A DNA stretch of 64,000 nucleotides from Paecilomyces variotii (taxonomy: Eukaryota): assembly GCA_004022145.1 (NCBI GenBank), contig RCNU01000011.1; one strand, written 5' to 3'. A model generated the notes under the pieces. That model did no database searches. It was given only the letters and a program-made list of their open reading frames with translations, and was not told the origin of the DNA. Of the stretch, positions 12,141-25,727 are shown one piece after another (position 1 is the first letter of the stretch; each line of letters opens with the position of its first letter). A program made the position numbers and the translations under genes.

Positions 12141-13230
12141 AATAGTTCTGTTTTCCCGTGTCGAAGAGATGATGAGTAGGTTATCAAAAGACCCTGTAAT
12201 AACTTTTGATTGAAAGAACAGACGTGCAGACGTAGGATAACATTTATGCTCAGAAGTCAGCCCAAAAATCGTTACTGTAAGTGACTAGACTATTGATTTT
12301 CATGATGAGGGTCTTACAAAGACCATAAAACTCGGTCATTTTCAGCAGCGGTTCCTGTGGAGACTCAGTGCCGCATGTCAAGCGAAAGTTATCTGTAAGC
12401 AACTTGCAGCGGCACTGCCACAAAGTGGACGTCAGCTAGTATTGGAGTTATTCTACGAAGTTTCTGCAGTGCCCCTGCAAAGTTTGGTACGCAAATGGCC
12501 CATTTCAGTGGTAGTGTCACAGCTACCACCGTAACGGGACAGACGAAAATTTGAAGCCAAGATTGAGACTTTGCCGCAGAACTAGGGATACACATATAAG
12601 ATAAAAGGTATTATCCGTGCATAATTCCATAATGACGAGGTAACGTTGAATAAGAGAATGTAGCGTGCTGTTTTTGGCTATTGCTTTCCCAGAAGTGAAT
12701 CGCTTTCTAAGTGCCTATATGGTCTTATCGGCTATCGTCTCTAGAAACATAATGCTCTTAGGTTTTCTAGTTGACTAGAGCTATGGTATGTTGGTAAGTC
12801 CGATTTTCTTCGCCTGAAAGCATCTCTTTCGGATTCCGTTACTTATCTCCGTCCGTTAGAATGCCAAGTAAGCACCAAGCTTCTAGAACAGTATCTCCTG
12901 ATTTCGAATACATGCCACATCAACTGGAGCCATTGTGGCTATGGCAATAGATCATTGAATGAGTTGAAGAACGTTAGTCTCTACTCACGAATACACCATG
13001 CTTGGCACAACGTATAAACATTGGTACTCACATAAGTTGTATAACAACTATACGTTGTCAGTCGTGGCTGTGCAATAACCAAGAACTCACCGGATCAAAG
13101 TCGAATAGAGTCCCGGAGTCGTATATTTTTTAAGAATGAAGTATATAGCGTATCCAGCTTCAATATAAGAACAGATGTCCCCCAACAGTTTGAAACAATG
13201 ATCATCACTACGGCCTAGATATTTACAAGC

Positions 13231-15161
13231 ATGGAAATACTTCGCTTCTTGGTTGTCGTTATCGGTGCTACTCTTCTTTTTCCGGAGTATGCTCGGCCTT
13301 TTGATATTACTCAATCAGAATATGAAGACACCAACAATCACCTTTTAGCTCTACAAGATGTCATTATCGAACCTACATCTTATAGGGTCGATGCATACTC
13401 GGACTTCAATATCACCTTCAGACTTGCGCCATCTTATCAGACGATAACGCTTAAGTTACAACCGAGTCTTGATATAATAGCACCAGATGCTTACATTCGA
13501 CATCTTGACAAGGATGGGCGGTCGGTACACGGAGGTCCAATTGAGAGGTCCGCGCATAAAGTTTTCAAGGGGATCGTTTTTGTCGAGGCCAAGGAAGGCA
13601 AGCTGAACGTTGGTTGGGCACGGATATACATGATAAGACATGGAGCAAAACCACTGTTCGAAGGAACTTTCACAGTCTATCATGAACAATACCATGTTCA
13701 ACTTGCTTCCACCTATTCTCAGTTCACAAGAGGCCTGGACAGGCCGGGATTACGATTACGACATCGCGGTCCACGACAAGACGATTATATCATTGCTTAT
13801 AGGATAACCGATGGAGATAATACCGAAACAAAACGATCCCAGGACGAAAGTATCTGTCGGGTGAATACTTCACCAGCAAGCACCTATGCGGACACCGAGA
13901 CCAGCGAGTTAAACGATTCTCTTTTTACACGTCAGTGGGGTAGTCCCCAGTACAATGATTTCAGGGACCATATAGGCGGTACAGCAGGATGTCCGACATC
14001 GCATCGCACGGCTTTAATTGGTATTGTCACAGACTGCACATACACTGCATCATTCATATCAGCCGACGCCGCTCATCAAAACATTGTCAACGTGGTCAAT
14101 TCTGCATCAGAAATCTTTGAGCGAAGCTTCAATATATCTCTCCAAATCCAGAATATCACAATCAGCGATCCAGAATGTCCGCGCACAGCACCGGATAATG
14201 CCCCTTGGAATTTGCCATGTGCCGCAAGTGATCTCCAACAACGACTCAACCTATTTTCATCGTGGAGGGGATCGATCAATGATGATCTTGCATATTGGAC
14301 TCTGATGACAAGCTGCCCAACAGGAGGTGAGGTAGGTGTGGCATGGGTTGGTCAGCTTTGTAGCCCTCATTCCTCAAGATGGAACTCGCAATCAGAAACA
14401 GGGGCTAGTGTCGTGGTTAGAACTAGCACAGAATGGCAAGTTTTTGCGTAGGTGGTCCCGTCCTTGACAGATATTCTAGAATTGAGTACTAAGGCCCGTT
14501 GTATAGGCACGAATCTGGCCATATCTTTGGAGCTATTCATGATTGTGAGTCAAGTACATGCGCCAGGTATAGTGAAGGACAATGTTGCCCGCTTTCCACC
14601 TCCACATGTGATGCAGGTGGGAGATATTTGATGAATCCGGTTTCAAGTCGGCGGCTATCACAGTTCTCTCCGTGCACTATCGGGAATGTCTGTTACATGA
14701 TGGGCAATAATTACATCAGAACCAGCTGTCTAAGAGAGGGTGGTAACAACACGACGTCTACAAGAAGCCAATGTGGGAATGGGATAGTAGAGCCTGGCGA
14801 AGACTGCGACTGCGGAGGGGATGACTCCTGTCAAGATGCTTATGGCAATTGCTGCAATGGAAGGACATGTGGATATACGAACAGCTGCGGGACTGATTCA
14901 TCGGGTACAAATGACGGCGGCGATAGCAGTGTGCCATGGGTTGATGACCACCTGTCCCTGGTCATCGGGCTTGCCGCTGGGATCGGCGGTGGCCTGCTCC
15001 TTCTGATACTTGCTTGTGCTATCATCAGTTGCCGCCAAAGACAACTCAAACGCAAAGCGCGGCAGAAAATCATGCCTTTGGTTTTGGCTCAAGATATGAG
15101 GCCGGTAGTGGCAACAGTTTCTCCGCAAGCTGCCAGGCCAGCGACTCAGGTGTCAAATTAA
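13231..15161 (+). CDS. ADAM-family (reprolysin/M12B) metalloprotease with prodomain, partial disintegrin domain and TM anchor; intron 14448-14506
   Basis: Splicing gives WQVFA|HESGHIFGAIHD (HExxHxxGxxHD); Met-turn YLMNP; CGNGIVEPGEDCDCG disintegrin start; TM LVIGLAAGIGGGLLLLILACAIISC. Confidence 0.92.
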
Positions 15162-16671
15162 TGACTGAAATTGTATCTCCGTACATGTATGTACATACAC
15201 TGTGTTCTCTAGAATCGGTCGCCAAGAAAGGTAAATGCTGTATGTTACATTAAGAATATTGAAATGGATAAAGAGGATAGAGAAGTAATACTACTTACCG
15301 ATATATCGAGTGAATACTACTATGTAGTGGTATAAAAGGGCGACATTTAATTATTTCCAAGGAATGAACGTCTTGTATTATTCCTCAATGGAATGTTTAA
15401 TGACGAAGTGCCCCGCCTGGCCATCAAGCATAAGACGTTAAGTTAAGTATTATTGCGCTCTACCACTACCCTAACCTTGTAAGTCTACAATTAGTTCAAC
15501 TTGTAGTTAGTATTTGAAGGAATCTTGGAAACCTTGAACGGTGAGAATGTTGCTTGATTGAACTATTTAGTGAGCCCTATATAGGGTCGCCCAGATCACA
15601 TGACACTAGTGAACACGGCGCCCAGCAGGAGCCACCGAGCTTCGAAGGGGGTGTCTAACATCATTACTGTATTATCTATTATTATTATCATCGACCTGAA
15701 CAGCTTTCTCCACAGACTGCACAGTCAATAGATAATCAGAAAGCTCGAGACACGGAATCCGTGGAGATGTGGTGGAGCGGGACAGGTACGCCATCTCTCG
15801 CCCGCGAACAGTGCACCACCTGAAGATGTTTTGTTATTGGACCGGATAGAAGTGTCGGGGGAGGCGCAGTCGATCTTGTCCTGTACTCGTGTCGTCTCTG
15901 CAGGCCTTTCGGGATTGGAACCACCCACGAGTCGATCTCACGGTGAAACAAGGGACAGCCAGACATGCGGGTGAGAGAGATGGGGAGAAAGAGGGATGGC
16001 GATGGTTTTATGTTCCAGCCTGTCAATGGATAATAATAATAAGAATTAGCTCTGGGCTCTTGCAACTTGAAGTAAGTCACCATACAGTAAATAATCAGAG
16101 CGCTACTCTAGCGTTCCTCATGGGCCCGTTGAATGTGAGCCATGGAAGATCGTTGGGGCCCGTCAACGTGGTCGAGGCTTCCATGTCTCCAGCCTGGCCT
16201 CTACCATAGGAAGGAAAGGAGTCGTCGAGTCGACTTGGTGATACAGTTAATTAGTTGGCATAGACTAGACCGCTTGTTTGCTGCTCTCCTTTCACCTTTG
16301 TTGTCGACCGCCACTGGAATCCAGCATCCAGATCGCTCAGAATCGTTGGCCTCGTGGAGATTGAAAAGGTTCTTTTGACCCTGCGATTAAAATAGACCCG
16401 GGCCCTCGGCTTTTCCCCTCTCGTCCTAAGAATATCCCCAGCGGCATCTAACTACTACCATACACGCTTACTCTAACATCCACGCGGGATGCAGTGACCA
16501 GGCGATCACAGATCAACATTGCGCCTTCACTCCACCTCCTTTTCCATAAAGGAGAGCTTTCATCTCTGACGAGCTAGTCACGTTTCAGCGCTATCAGCAA
16601 CTGGGCTACGAAACTCTCTTTTCCGTTGCCTCTTCCTTTATCCTATTATTTCTTTCTTTTTCCCTCAACAG

Positions 16672-16694
16672 AAAAAAAAAAAAAAAAAAAAAAA
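16672..16694. repeat. Poly(A) tract (A23) upstream of the ssSPT-like gene
   Basis: Run of 23 A read directly. Confidence 0.9.
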
Positions 16695-16810
16695 GAAAGG
16701 GCAAAAACAGGGAGAGATCGGCAGGCAGCAGCATTCACGATCCTACAAGTCTACACCCTCGCCAACTCGCAACTCGCCATTCAGGCTACGAACACCTGTC
16801 GCTATTAACC

Positions 16811-17321
16811 ATGGAACTTATTTTCTGGATGATCAGCTCTCTGGTCCGCTGGGTTCGACTGAAGATATACCAGTACGAGGTCACCTTCGCGATATATATG
16901 CTTACTCCTACGGAGAAATTCATCTTCAGTATGTCGCACGTGCCCTGCTACTTGTCAATGCCGCTGGCGAATAGGAGGGAATCTTTTCGCGATTGCCGGC
17001 GGTCGCAGAATGCAGGCAGAGAGAGAGAGAGAGAGAGAGAGAGCCTTGATGCTAACGTTGTCTCAATTCACAGACTCGCTACTTTTGAGCCTCGTTACTC
17101 TCCTGTCCACCGCTGCTTATGTCTACCTGCCCGACCACGTCAAGAGCATTTGCGGCCACATCTACTACTACTGGGCTGGCGATCGCCCAATTAGCGACTA
17201 CCTCCTGTCGCCATCTGCTCTGCTACGCGACAACACCACCAAAACTCTAGAGGTTATCTACGAAACGGCCCAAGGCGCGGCGGCAGCAGCGGCGGCGACT
17301 GTAAGAGTCGCGGATCTGTGA
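16811..17321 (+). CDS. Small subunit of serine palmitoyltransferase-like protein (ssSPT/DUF3317); intron 16929-17073
   Basis: LKIYQYEVTFAIYMLTPTEKFIF|NSLLLSLVTLLSTAAYVYLPDH; GTATGT donor, GCTAAC branch, CAG acceptor. Confidence 0.85.
17018..17043. repeat. (AG)13 microsatellite inside the ssSPT intron
   Basis: Read directly. Confidence 0.9.
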
Positions 17322-18036
17322 TGGAATGGCTACACACGGCGATTGAGCGCTCTATGCTCGTTATGCTTTTCCGGCACGGGAGCTCCTGAGGGAGCTTGAT
17401 TATAGTCGCGGATCCCATCGCCGTATGCGGTCGAGATACCACTTTCAGTTCTGTTCAGATGAGCGAGGGCGCTTGGGGGCGTTGTGTGTTTCAGCTAGAC
17501 CGATTCTTTCCTTCACCACGTCTTGGGAGCAACTTGTGTTGATTGCATGGGAGCGGGCGCATGATGGATATTCCCTTTTGCCTTATTGTTATTGCATTGA
17601 TACCACCGCAGCGCACTGAGCGTAATTTTTTTTTAAAAGCTTATTGAATATCTTACCTGATCCCATCGAGGTAACTAACTCTTGATGATTCTGTCCAATG
17701 TTCAGACTTCGACATGTGTAAATGCAGATGCAACCCGCGATGATACCACGAGGAAAGGAGAATTGTCTCAATTAAGAGAGATGTACATATAAGTCCCAAA
17801 TAAAGAATAACTCCTGTAATGCCCAGAGCAGTGATGGTACATGTTGACATCCACCCTTTCACGGAACGGATGAACTGGCAGAACTTCCCCCTCTCATCCA
17901 TGTCTTCTTTTCATCCTGCCATCATAAAATCATATCGTTCCTCTTCCTGTCTCATTTCTAAATCCCGACAAGTTTCCATATATGATACAACCCACATCCT
18001 CGAAGCGAATCCCTTTCAAACGCTGGGGATTTCTCT

Positions 18037-18425
18037 TCACTCCCGACTCTCCGCCTGCGCCTGTGCCAGCGCCTCTGCAGCCTCCCTCTCCCGCTGCCGT
18101 CTCTCGCGCTTCACACTGTCCACGAGCCGCATACGCGCCAGCTCGCGATCAATCTCTTCTTTGTCGGTGGGAATCTTGTGCGATTGTTCGGCGCTGGGCC
18201 AGAAGCCGGGCACGGAGAAGCGTTCTTCGAGATTCGTTCCGAAGTAGTACATCCAGCCGATGGGGAAGAGGATGTACATTCCGAACTAAATCATAATAAT
18301 CAGTTTGGTTAGAAAATCGATGGGGAGATAGATAAATGGACGGATATGGGGGTTTGGGTTGGTTTGATATATACCTTGAAGACTTCAAGGTTGCCGCCTT
18401 GCAGCCTGCGGAGGATGGCGGACAT
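18037..18425 (-). CDS. PET100: Cytochrome c oxidase assembly factor Pet100; intron 18286-18374
   Basis: MSAILRRLQGGNLEVFK|FGMYILFPIGWMYYFGTNL...IPTDKEEIDRELARMR. Confidence 0.88.
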
Positions 18426-19305
18426 GGTTGCTATCTCTCGAAGAGTGCTAGATCCGTTGATTATATTTGCGTCTCAAGTATAGATCAAATCAATAGGGAG
18501 ATCCGGAGACTTTGCGGAAGAGAAGCTGAAGAGGCCGTTAAATCGATCCGGGGATTTCCCTTTTTTCTCTCTCTTCTTTTTGGATAATCGTAGTTGCGGT
18601 AGATAACTAGGAGCCGTTCCACGCAGGTCTGGAATGAATGTCGAATCTATGAGATAATGTATATATCAAATAACTGAAGCGTGAGTCCACCGCGATATCA
18701 ATCACGCATCCGAGTATCGCAAAAGGGATCACTACTACTTCTCAGACCACCTCCGTTCTGGATCGCCGCCGCCAGTTCTTCCAAACGCCGAATAATCCGC
18801 GAGCTGATTGGCAAACAGAACAAACGCGCGGCAAGACTCGAAGATCACATGACCTGTCAGGGTTGGGGTCATCTGACCGCGCGTATCGAAGCTGCCGAGG
18901 TCCGATTTCATTATTAGGAGATGGAGATGAGATTGAGGAGCTTTGTGCCCTGCTCCGTATTGCAGCAGCTTGCTCAATTTAGTTGGGTTTATCCGAGAGA
19001 TTTATCATCCTGAGTTTGATCATTGGGGGAGCTGGCATCTTCCGGGAGTCTAGTGATCTGTGATCTAGGTAGGCTGTTCGCTACTTGACTATTCGTTGCT
19101 CGTTCTGGAGTAGATCCCTCGGCTTTGGTGAGTATCGCTTGTAACCTTAGTCCAAGCGTCGGTCTTCACTACTGCAACGCATTTATCTGTTGATAAGCTG
19201 CCTTCTTCTACAGTACTGAGGTGTGCTTTTATTTGTGAACTTGACTCTCTCTGATTTCTTCATCGCTGGAACTACCGTCGAGCTTCCAGCTCATAACGCT
19301 ACAAC

Positions 19306-20204
19306 ATGGCTTCCAACGAAGAAGTTGTCACTGTCAAATACCAGGACCGCATTGCCATAATCACACTGAACAATGCGTCGAAGCTTAATGCCCTTACTCA
19401 AGACCAGTACTCTCTCCTGGGAGAACGCATGCGCGAAGTCGCTGCAAGAGATGATATCTTCATCACCGTCTTGACTGGAACAGGACGATTCTTCTCAGCG
19501 TGAGTTTTCTTTTTGCACATCATGTAATGAATATAAAAACAAAAAGCTTAACTTTTTAATCTCATAGTGGAGCAGATGTGAATGCCAGCCGTCCTGGAGC
19601 TACCCTCAGCTCTACTGATCGTCGGGACGTTCTTCGCGGCTTCGTCGTGAACAATATCGACCTCACGCGTACTTTCTATACGCACCCGAAGATCCTCGTA
19701 GTGGCACTCAACGGTCCCGCTGTTGGACTCTCTGCTGCTCTGACTGCCTTTGGAGACTTCATCTATGCTGCTCCGCATGCCTTCCTACTCACGCCATTCT
19801 CGTCCCTCGGCCTGGTCGCTGAGGGTGGTGCTTCTCGTGCGTTTGTCGAGCGGCTCGGTATCTCAAAGGCCAATGAGGCCTTGATCATGAGCAAGCGCAT
19901 TACTTGCGACGAGCTCGTCGCAACTGGCTTCGTGAACAAGGTTCTCACCCCTCAGTCCGGGAAGAAGGACGACTCCGACGGATTCCTGAAGCTCGTTTTG
20001 GAGGAAGTCGAGGAGCGACTGGGTGCGCATCTGAGCCAGACCAGTCTACTGAAGATCAAGGAATTGATCCGTCGGCCTGAGAGGGAGATTCTAGATCGTC
20101 AAAATGGTCTCGAGGCCTTTATGGGTATGGAGAGGTTCCTCCAGGGTATTCCGCAGGAGGAATTCAAGAAGATTGCGAGTGGACAGAAGAGACATAAGCT
20201 ATGA
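19306..20204 (+). CDS. ECI1: Peroxisomal delta3,delta2-enoyl-CoA isomerase (crotonase fold); intron 19500-19567
   Basis: LTGTGRFFSA|GADV, VVALNGPAVGLSAA, PFSSLGLVAEGG; C-terminal PTS1-type -HKL. Confidence 0.88.
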
Positions 20205-20585
20205 TGTAGGACTTGATCTGTCAGATCAGTCGGGTTGTACAGTACATATGTTGCTGCGTCTAGCAGGGGTTTCTCGATTGATTGTTTATGTCCTACCAAG
20301 GTACATGGAGACGGACGTCGTCGGGACTAACATAGCGGCATCGCCAGACGGCTGGCGTAGCTTCTGACCAATACATCCAATATGATTTCTGAAGCATAGG
20401 CCCTTAATGAGGACATAGAATACAAAAAAGAAAAAAGAAAAGCGTGCATCATATCTCATTCGCCCATCTTTTGAAACACCGAAATTTCCCTTTGAAAACA
20501 TTCACCACTGGTCCATAATTCATTACCATACAAAAACATGTGCACATGCGAATAACTTAAGTGTCCGCCTTCAATGATGTAGACA

Positions 20586-21958
20586 TCAATCATCATCCGC
20601 ATCACTCCCTACTTCTTGATCTTCTTGCATTCTCTTAGCCAGAATATCCTGCCACTGGCCCATAAACTCCTTCATACCCCCTGGTCCCGCTCTGGACGCA
20701 TCCACCACTTCCCGCGGTAGCTTATGCGCCGAAAACTGAGGTGTTGAGAACGCATACGCCTCTGGATCATCGCGCTGAACGAGCCGGAATTCCGGGAACA
20801 GCGGCGAATCCTCATGATCATGGACGGAATGAGCAGGATCAGGTGATGGAGGCTGCTCTGGCTCTTTGGAGTCCTGTTCTTCGGTCTTGGGTCGTGGTTC
20901 CGGTGCGAATGCAGCTACGGTCGTCTGGGATGGACGTATGGATAATCTCACAACGCCCTCTTCTAGACCTTCTTCTTCCTGCTCTTCGTGCTCGTCTTCT
21001 TTGATTCCTATCGGATCCTTCATGTGTAGGATCTCCATCCAGCTGAATAATAACGGATCCGTCCTGATTGCCCAGGGATTCACATCAATGAGCCACGCCC
21101 GCTCATGAGGCGGGGGAATGTATACGTCGAAGACGAAGTTCGGATCGGGAAATGTGTTCTTTAGTTTCTCATCGAAGAAGGTCTGGATTCTCGACCGCAG
21201 GGTGTCGCGGAGCGGGAAGAGGAAGTCGAAATGGTTGAGGTCTCGTTGACAAATGCATAGTAGCGTTCGATTACGCACGAAGCAGCGGAATTCCAGGGAC
21301 GGGTTGAAGTTGACGTATTTGCGGAGGATGAGGTGGTAGGGAACCTGTGGAGGGTCGGGTGTTGTGGCTTCGACGTCTGGGACGCAGTCATCGAAAGCGT
21401 GTTCCAGGTCATGAGTGACGAAGTCGCTGCTCTTGAGCAGAAGATATATATCGTTGGCGGATTGGCATTGGAGATCATTTGTAGCTGTGATCCAGGTTGC
21501 GTCTTTCGGGGCGCTCCAGTTCAGTTTGGGAGTCACTTTGCCGCCGAGCTCGGCGATCGTGGCTCTGATCTGCGAATGGATTTCTCTCCACTCGGTAGAT
21601 GGATCATCCTCTTCATCATCTTCATCTTCGGATGCTTCGGAGAAAGAGTATATCCCGCTGTCGTCGTCTGCGAGGCCGGATCGTGCGTTATCCTCTGGTG
21701 GGAGGACAATACCGTCCTGACGGAGGTATGAGAGGAAAGGATCGGTGAGAGGGATTAAACGGGCCTTTGGGGTTATTGTTCGGTATCTGTACCATATGTT
21801 AATATGATAGTATCCAAGGGAGAGTAACTGGATTGCTCCTACAGTGGGTGCCAGAAATGATATGAGCAATGGAGGATGTGGGAATGAGTAACTGGAGGAA
21901 ACGGGAGAGTCTGCAGTTCGCCTGCAGACCCAGCGGCTTCTGACTCCATCAGCGGCAT
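20586..21958 (-). CDS. CDC123: Cell division cycle protein 123 (D123 family, eIF2 assembly); intron 21787-21842
   Basis: [74 protein letters not shown]. Confidence 0.93.
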
Positions 21959-22405
21959 TACTAACTTCCTATCTGAACTGGTTCAATCTGACAGCCAGAA
22001 AGGATTAGAAATGATAGAAAAGAAAAAAGAATTAGTATGTGGTGCTCTTTCTCAGTTCCCAAGTTGAGTGCGGCGTTGAACCGGGAACTTTTTAAGCGGG
22101 GCAACTTTTTCTGATAGCGGCGAACAAACAGCTAAAGAACTCTCTAGCCAACTCTTAGCTCAGTCTCTAAACTAAGGAACGATATGACGCACCCCGATCG
22201 TTTCTAACTAGTTAACTGGATGTATAACTAATAAACAATTAGCTTTGCAACTTTGCCCTGTCGGAACTAGAAAGCCAGATTTGGTCCGTGCACCACGCGG
22301 TGCCTGGCCTCGAGCTTGTCCCGACCACGTTGCTTGTCGCGGAGATCGCCCTCTTACGCCGTATACCTGCAGTGCTCTTAATTGTGTGCGCTTGTCTTCT
22401 TCAAG

Positions 22406-24893
22406 ATGGCTGCTGCAGAGACTCCAGATCCGCAGAGCCTGAAGTCATGGCAGGAGGCGTTCCAGTATCCTGTGCCCACCGTGCGGCGCGTCGAGCAGGA
22501 GCTGCGACGGGATATTGCCAGCAACAAAGAAAAGCTGCGTGCACTGGTCGGGTAAGTAAACGTTGTCTGGAAAACGTTGGCGTGCTCCTGTACTAAAAAA
22601 GTCACTGCTGTTACTAGTATGAGATATCGCGACCTCCTTGGAACAGCTGAGACGATTGTCGAGATGAGCGGAGAGATCGAGCAGGTCGACTCGCATTTGA
22701 CGGACATTGGGCGGAGATGTAACCCCCGATTGATGGAGAAGAAAGCTGCGCATCTCACTCAGGTTAAGCGGGATGCATCAGGGATCGGTATGGTGATGGT
22801 ATTGGCATGATAGTGGATTGCATCACTGACTGGGATCAGACGTAGAGAGTCGAGCTTTCGCAGCCCAGATGGCCTTACAGCACCGTTGCATCTCTGCAAT
22901 CTCGAGACTACTCAGAAAAAGTGCCGCTCCTCTACTCGTTGTCAAGATAATCGTCATCGCCAGATCGCTTGACATAACTCTGTCGCAAAACAAAACAAAG
23001 CCACCGTTTCTGGAGACACTGCGGAACCAATTGATCTCCCTGAGAAGGACGATTGTGAAGCGCATCGATCGTCGTCTTACCTCTGTGAAATCTACAGCTG
23101 ATGATATTATCGAGACACTGGCAGCGTTCTGCCTGGCAACTAGCTCGTCTTCCGAAGATGCAATTCGTCATTTCCATCGTGTTCGTCTGAACGCCATTGC
23201 CGCGCAATTGGACCTCTGCGATCCTTCAGGCGCAAACATCCTCAAGGCTCTAAGGCAGTATATTCGGACTCTCCAAATCACCAAGACGCTGTTTTCGCGT
23301 CGACTCTCTGATTCTCTGGGAAGGCTCAAGGCCCGGCCAATTTTGACTGATCCTGATGTCAGGAAGCTGGACGATCTGGACCTTGAAATATTCGAGCGTT
23401 GGGTGGCCAGCGACGTCAAGAACTTTACACCATGGATCAAACTCACCGACTTTCAGAAGTCTGACGCAGAGAAATCGATCAAACAGTGGTCGAAAGAAGC
23501 ATTTGAAAGCTTCATGAAAGGCACACAGAAGTGCTTGAAGGATTTCCACAATTTCGCCGAAGTGATCTTACTCCGCAAGCAAGCGTTCGATATATGGCTC
23601 TCTGCTAGGAGCTCGACACCCACGCATTCGTCTTTTAGCATCTTGGAGGGTCTTCGCAATCTGTTCAATGGCCAGTTAACGGCGATTATACGCGCACAAG
23701 CAAGGAACCTGGACTCCATTGGAAAGAAAGCCTCGTCACTGGTTACGGATTGGGATAATAAAAATCATGACCCTGCCCAGTCACTTTGGGATCCTGCTTT
23801 GACCTCGCTCGACTACTCAGGAGGTGCTTCAACTTTCAAACAGGCGGTTATGGATGTCCTGCTAGGCCGCGACTCTGATATCTCTAGCATTGAGGAGAGC
23901 TACCATGCTTGGAGGAGCTCAGTGGAGACTACCAGAAACTTGGTAGAGGAGCTAAAGCGAACGCGGTGGGAGGACACCTTTGACGAGGCAGAAGACGAGG
24001 ACACGGCGGTCGACCCGGCAGCCCTTCTCAATGAGGATGATCCTGCCGTTCTACGGGAAGAGCAGAATTCTGCCGTTTCACAAGCCTTCGTCGACCTGCA
24101 ATCTTCCTTCCGCGATATTGCCAGAAGCTTCGGGGCCTCGAGCCAAAGTGAAAAGGCTGCATTCATGCTCCGACTCATTAGAGATATCCGACGAGATGCA
24201 CCTGACGATTATCTCGATGACAATTTCATTTTCGCGCAAGAAATCGTGCCAGGACTGCAGGAGACTCTTGCTACTGCAGTTGCTTCGCAAGTCAATCCAT
24301 TGACTATCAAGCCGCAGCTAAGTGGACCAGGCCAAAAGGTTCCTGGCCGTACGCTCTGGAAAGGAGAACCCGAATTACCAGTACAGCCTACCCCGGCGAT
24401 TTTCAAATACCTCCGACGACTCAATGCTGCCATGGATCACTACGGTCCCGATCTATGGAACCCTTCTTCTGTAGCAGTGTTGAAAACGACACTCGTCAAG
24501 CATACAGCAGAGTCACTTCAATCTACGTACAAGTCTCTAAGTGCCACGAATGAAAGCGCACCAACTTCGAGTCCTCCCTCAGATAACTCGAATTCCGAAG
24601 ACTCGGAAACCAAGGAACAGAGCTCTAAATCCTCCGAGTCAAATGATCCATCACCATCTCCTCAGCTACTTCGCGACTGGAAGATCCAACTCATATTCGA
24701 CTCTATATACCTGCAGAAAGTCCTCGCGATCAAGGAAGTCTCAGAAGGATACAAGGATGAATTGTCTGCAGTCGCAGAGAAGATCCAAGCCGACGTAGAC
24801 CCGAAGAAAGAATTCTCCAAGGGTCTAACGAAAGCTGCTCAGGAATACTGGAAGCGCACTGAGTTGCTTTTCGGATTGCTGGCTACTTCATAG
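22406..24893 (+). CDS. COG1: Conserved oligomeric Golgi complex subunit 1-like (Vps51/Vps67 N-terminal domain); 3 exons
   Basis: MAAAETPDPQSLKSWQEAFQ...KEKLRALVG|MRYRDLLGTAETIVEM; C-terminus EYWKRTELLFGLL. Confidence 0.8.
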
Positions 24894-25727
24894 GTTGGCT
24901 CAAGGATTCCACATGGAGAGAAGAGTTTATACTGTATATAGAATTTTTAATATGATATCATGACATTTTTCTGAAAGAGAGTTTTGTCCCTAGTTTATTA
25001 AATCGCAAGAATTCTTATTCATCAATGCGATAAACAACCAAAATATACCCGCTGAACTGTCTACGTCATACTCAGTGAACAACTCCTTCGTACGCTATCA
25101 TATCTAAACTATCTATTAGTTATCTGATCGCAAAGTACACACATGGTATTGATTCTCGAATTGGACTCGTTGCAATCAGATAAAGAGATCGTAGGACCAA
25201 CGTAATGCTCGTTTGGATATTGGAACTGTCTTAACAATGACATACACCCACGCATCACAGAGCTTCACATGCTCTGGCGGGTATCCGAAGACATACTGAC
25301 TCTTCTAGCCCTTCGATGCCTTTTTCCTCTTTCGCCCCTGCCTCTTCCATCGTCCTTTTCAAAAAATCTCTTGCTCTCTTTATGTCCGTCGGCAGGAGGT
25401 CTTTGCTTGTTCGTATTCCGGGTTTTCCGACGTTTAGCAGCCTGTCCACTTGGGCTCTTATCAAATACCGAGCCCTACAAGGTATTTGCCAGTTTCCAAG
25501 AATCGAATGCCTCTGTGTCAGCATGGCCGGGCGTAGGATGCGCCCAGACAGAAGCTAGGTCGGGGACTTCATAACGTCAGATCCTCCCGCAAGACCGGCG
25601 GAGTCGATCGAGTGGTCGGCTATTCACGAGGGTTCTCTTTTTCTGTATCCATTGATGAATGTCTCCCACTGTCAACCGCCCACCTTTCCCTCTATGCTTG
25701 CTCACTGTCGGGTACGAGGGGTCGTGT

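Noticed and set aside
15468..15476. ACCCTAACC as a telomerase RNA template; also TAGGGCTTAGGGC at ~49951, TAGGGTCTTA at ~51655 and TTAGGGTTAA at ~55230
   Set aside because: Short matches expected by chance; I found no supporting pseudoknot, three-way junction or 3' processing signal, and two sites lack room for a long RNA
25255..25524. 89-aa minus-strand ORF downstream of the HNH relic
   Set aside because: No family recognised and bounded by broken frames; kept only as part of the island finding
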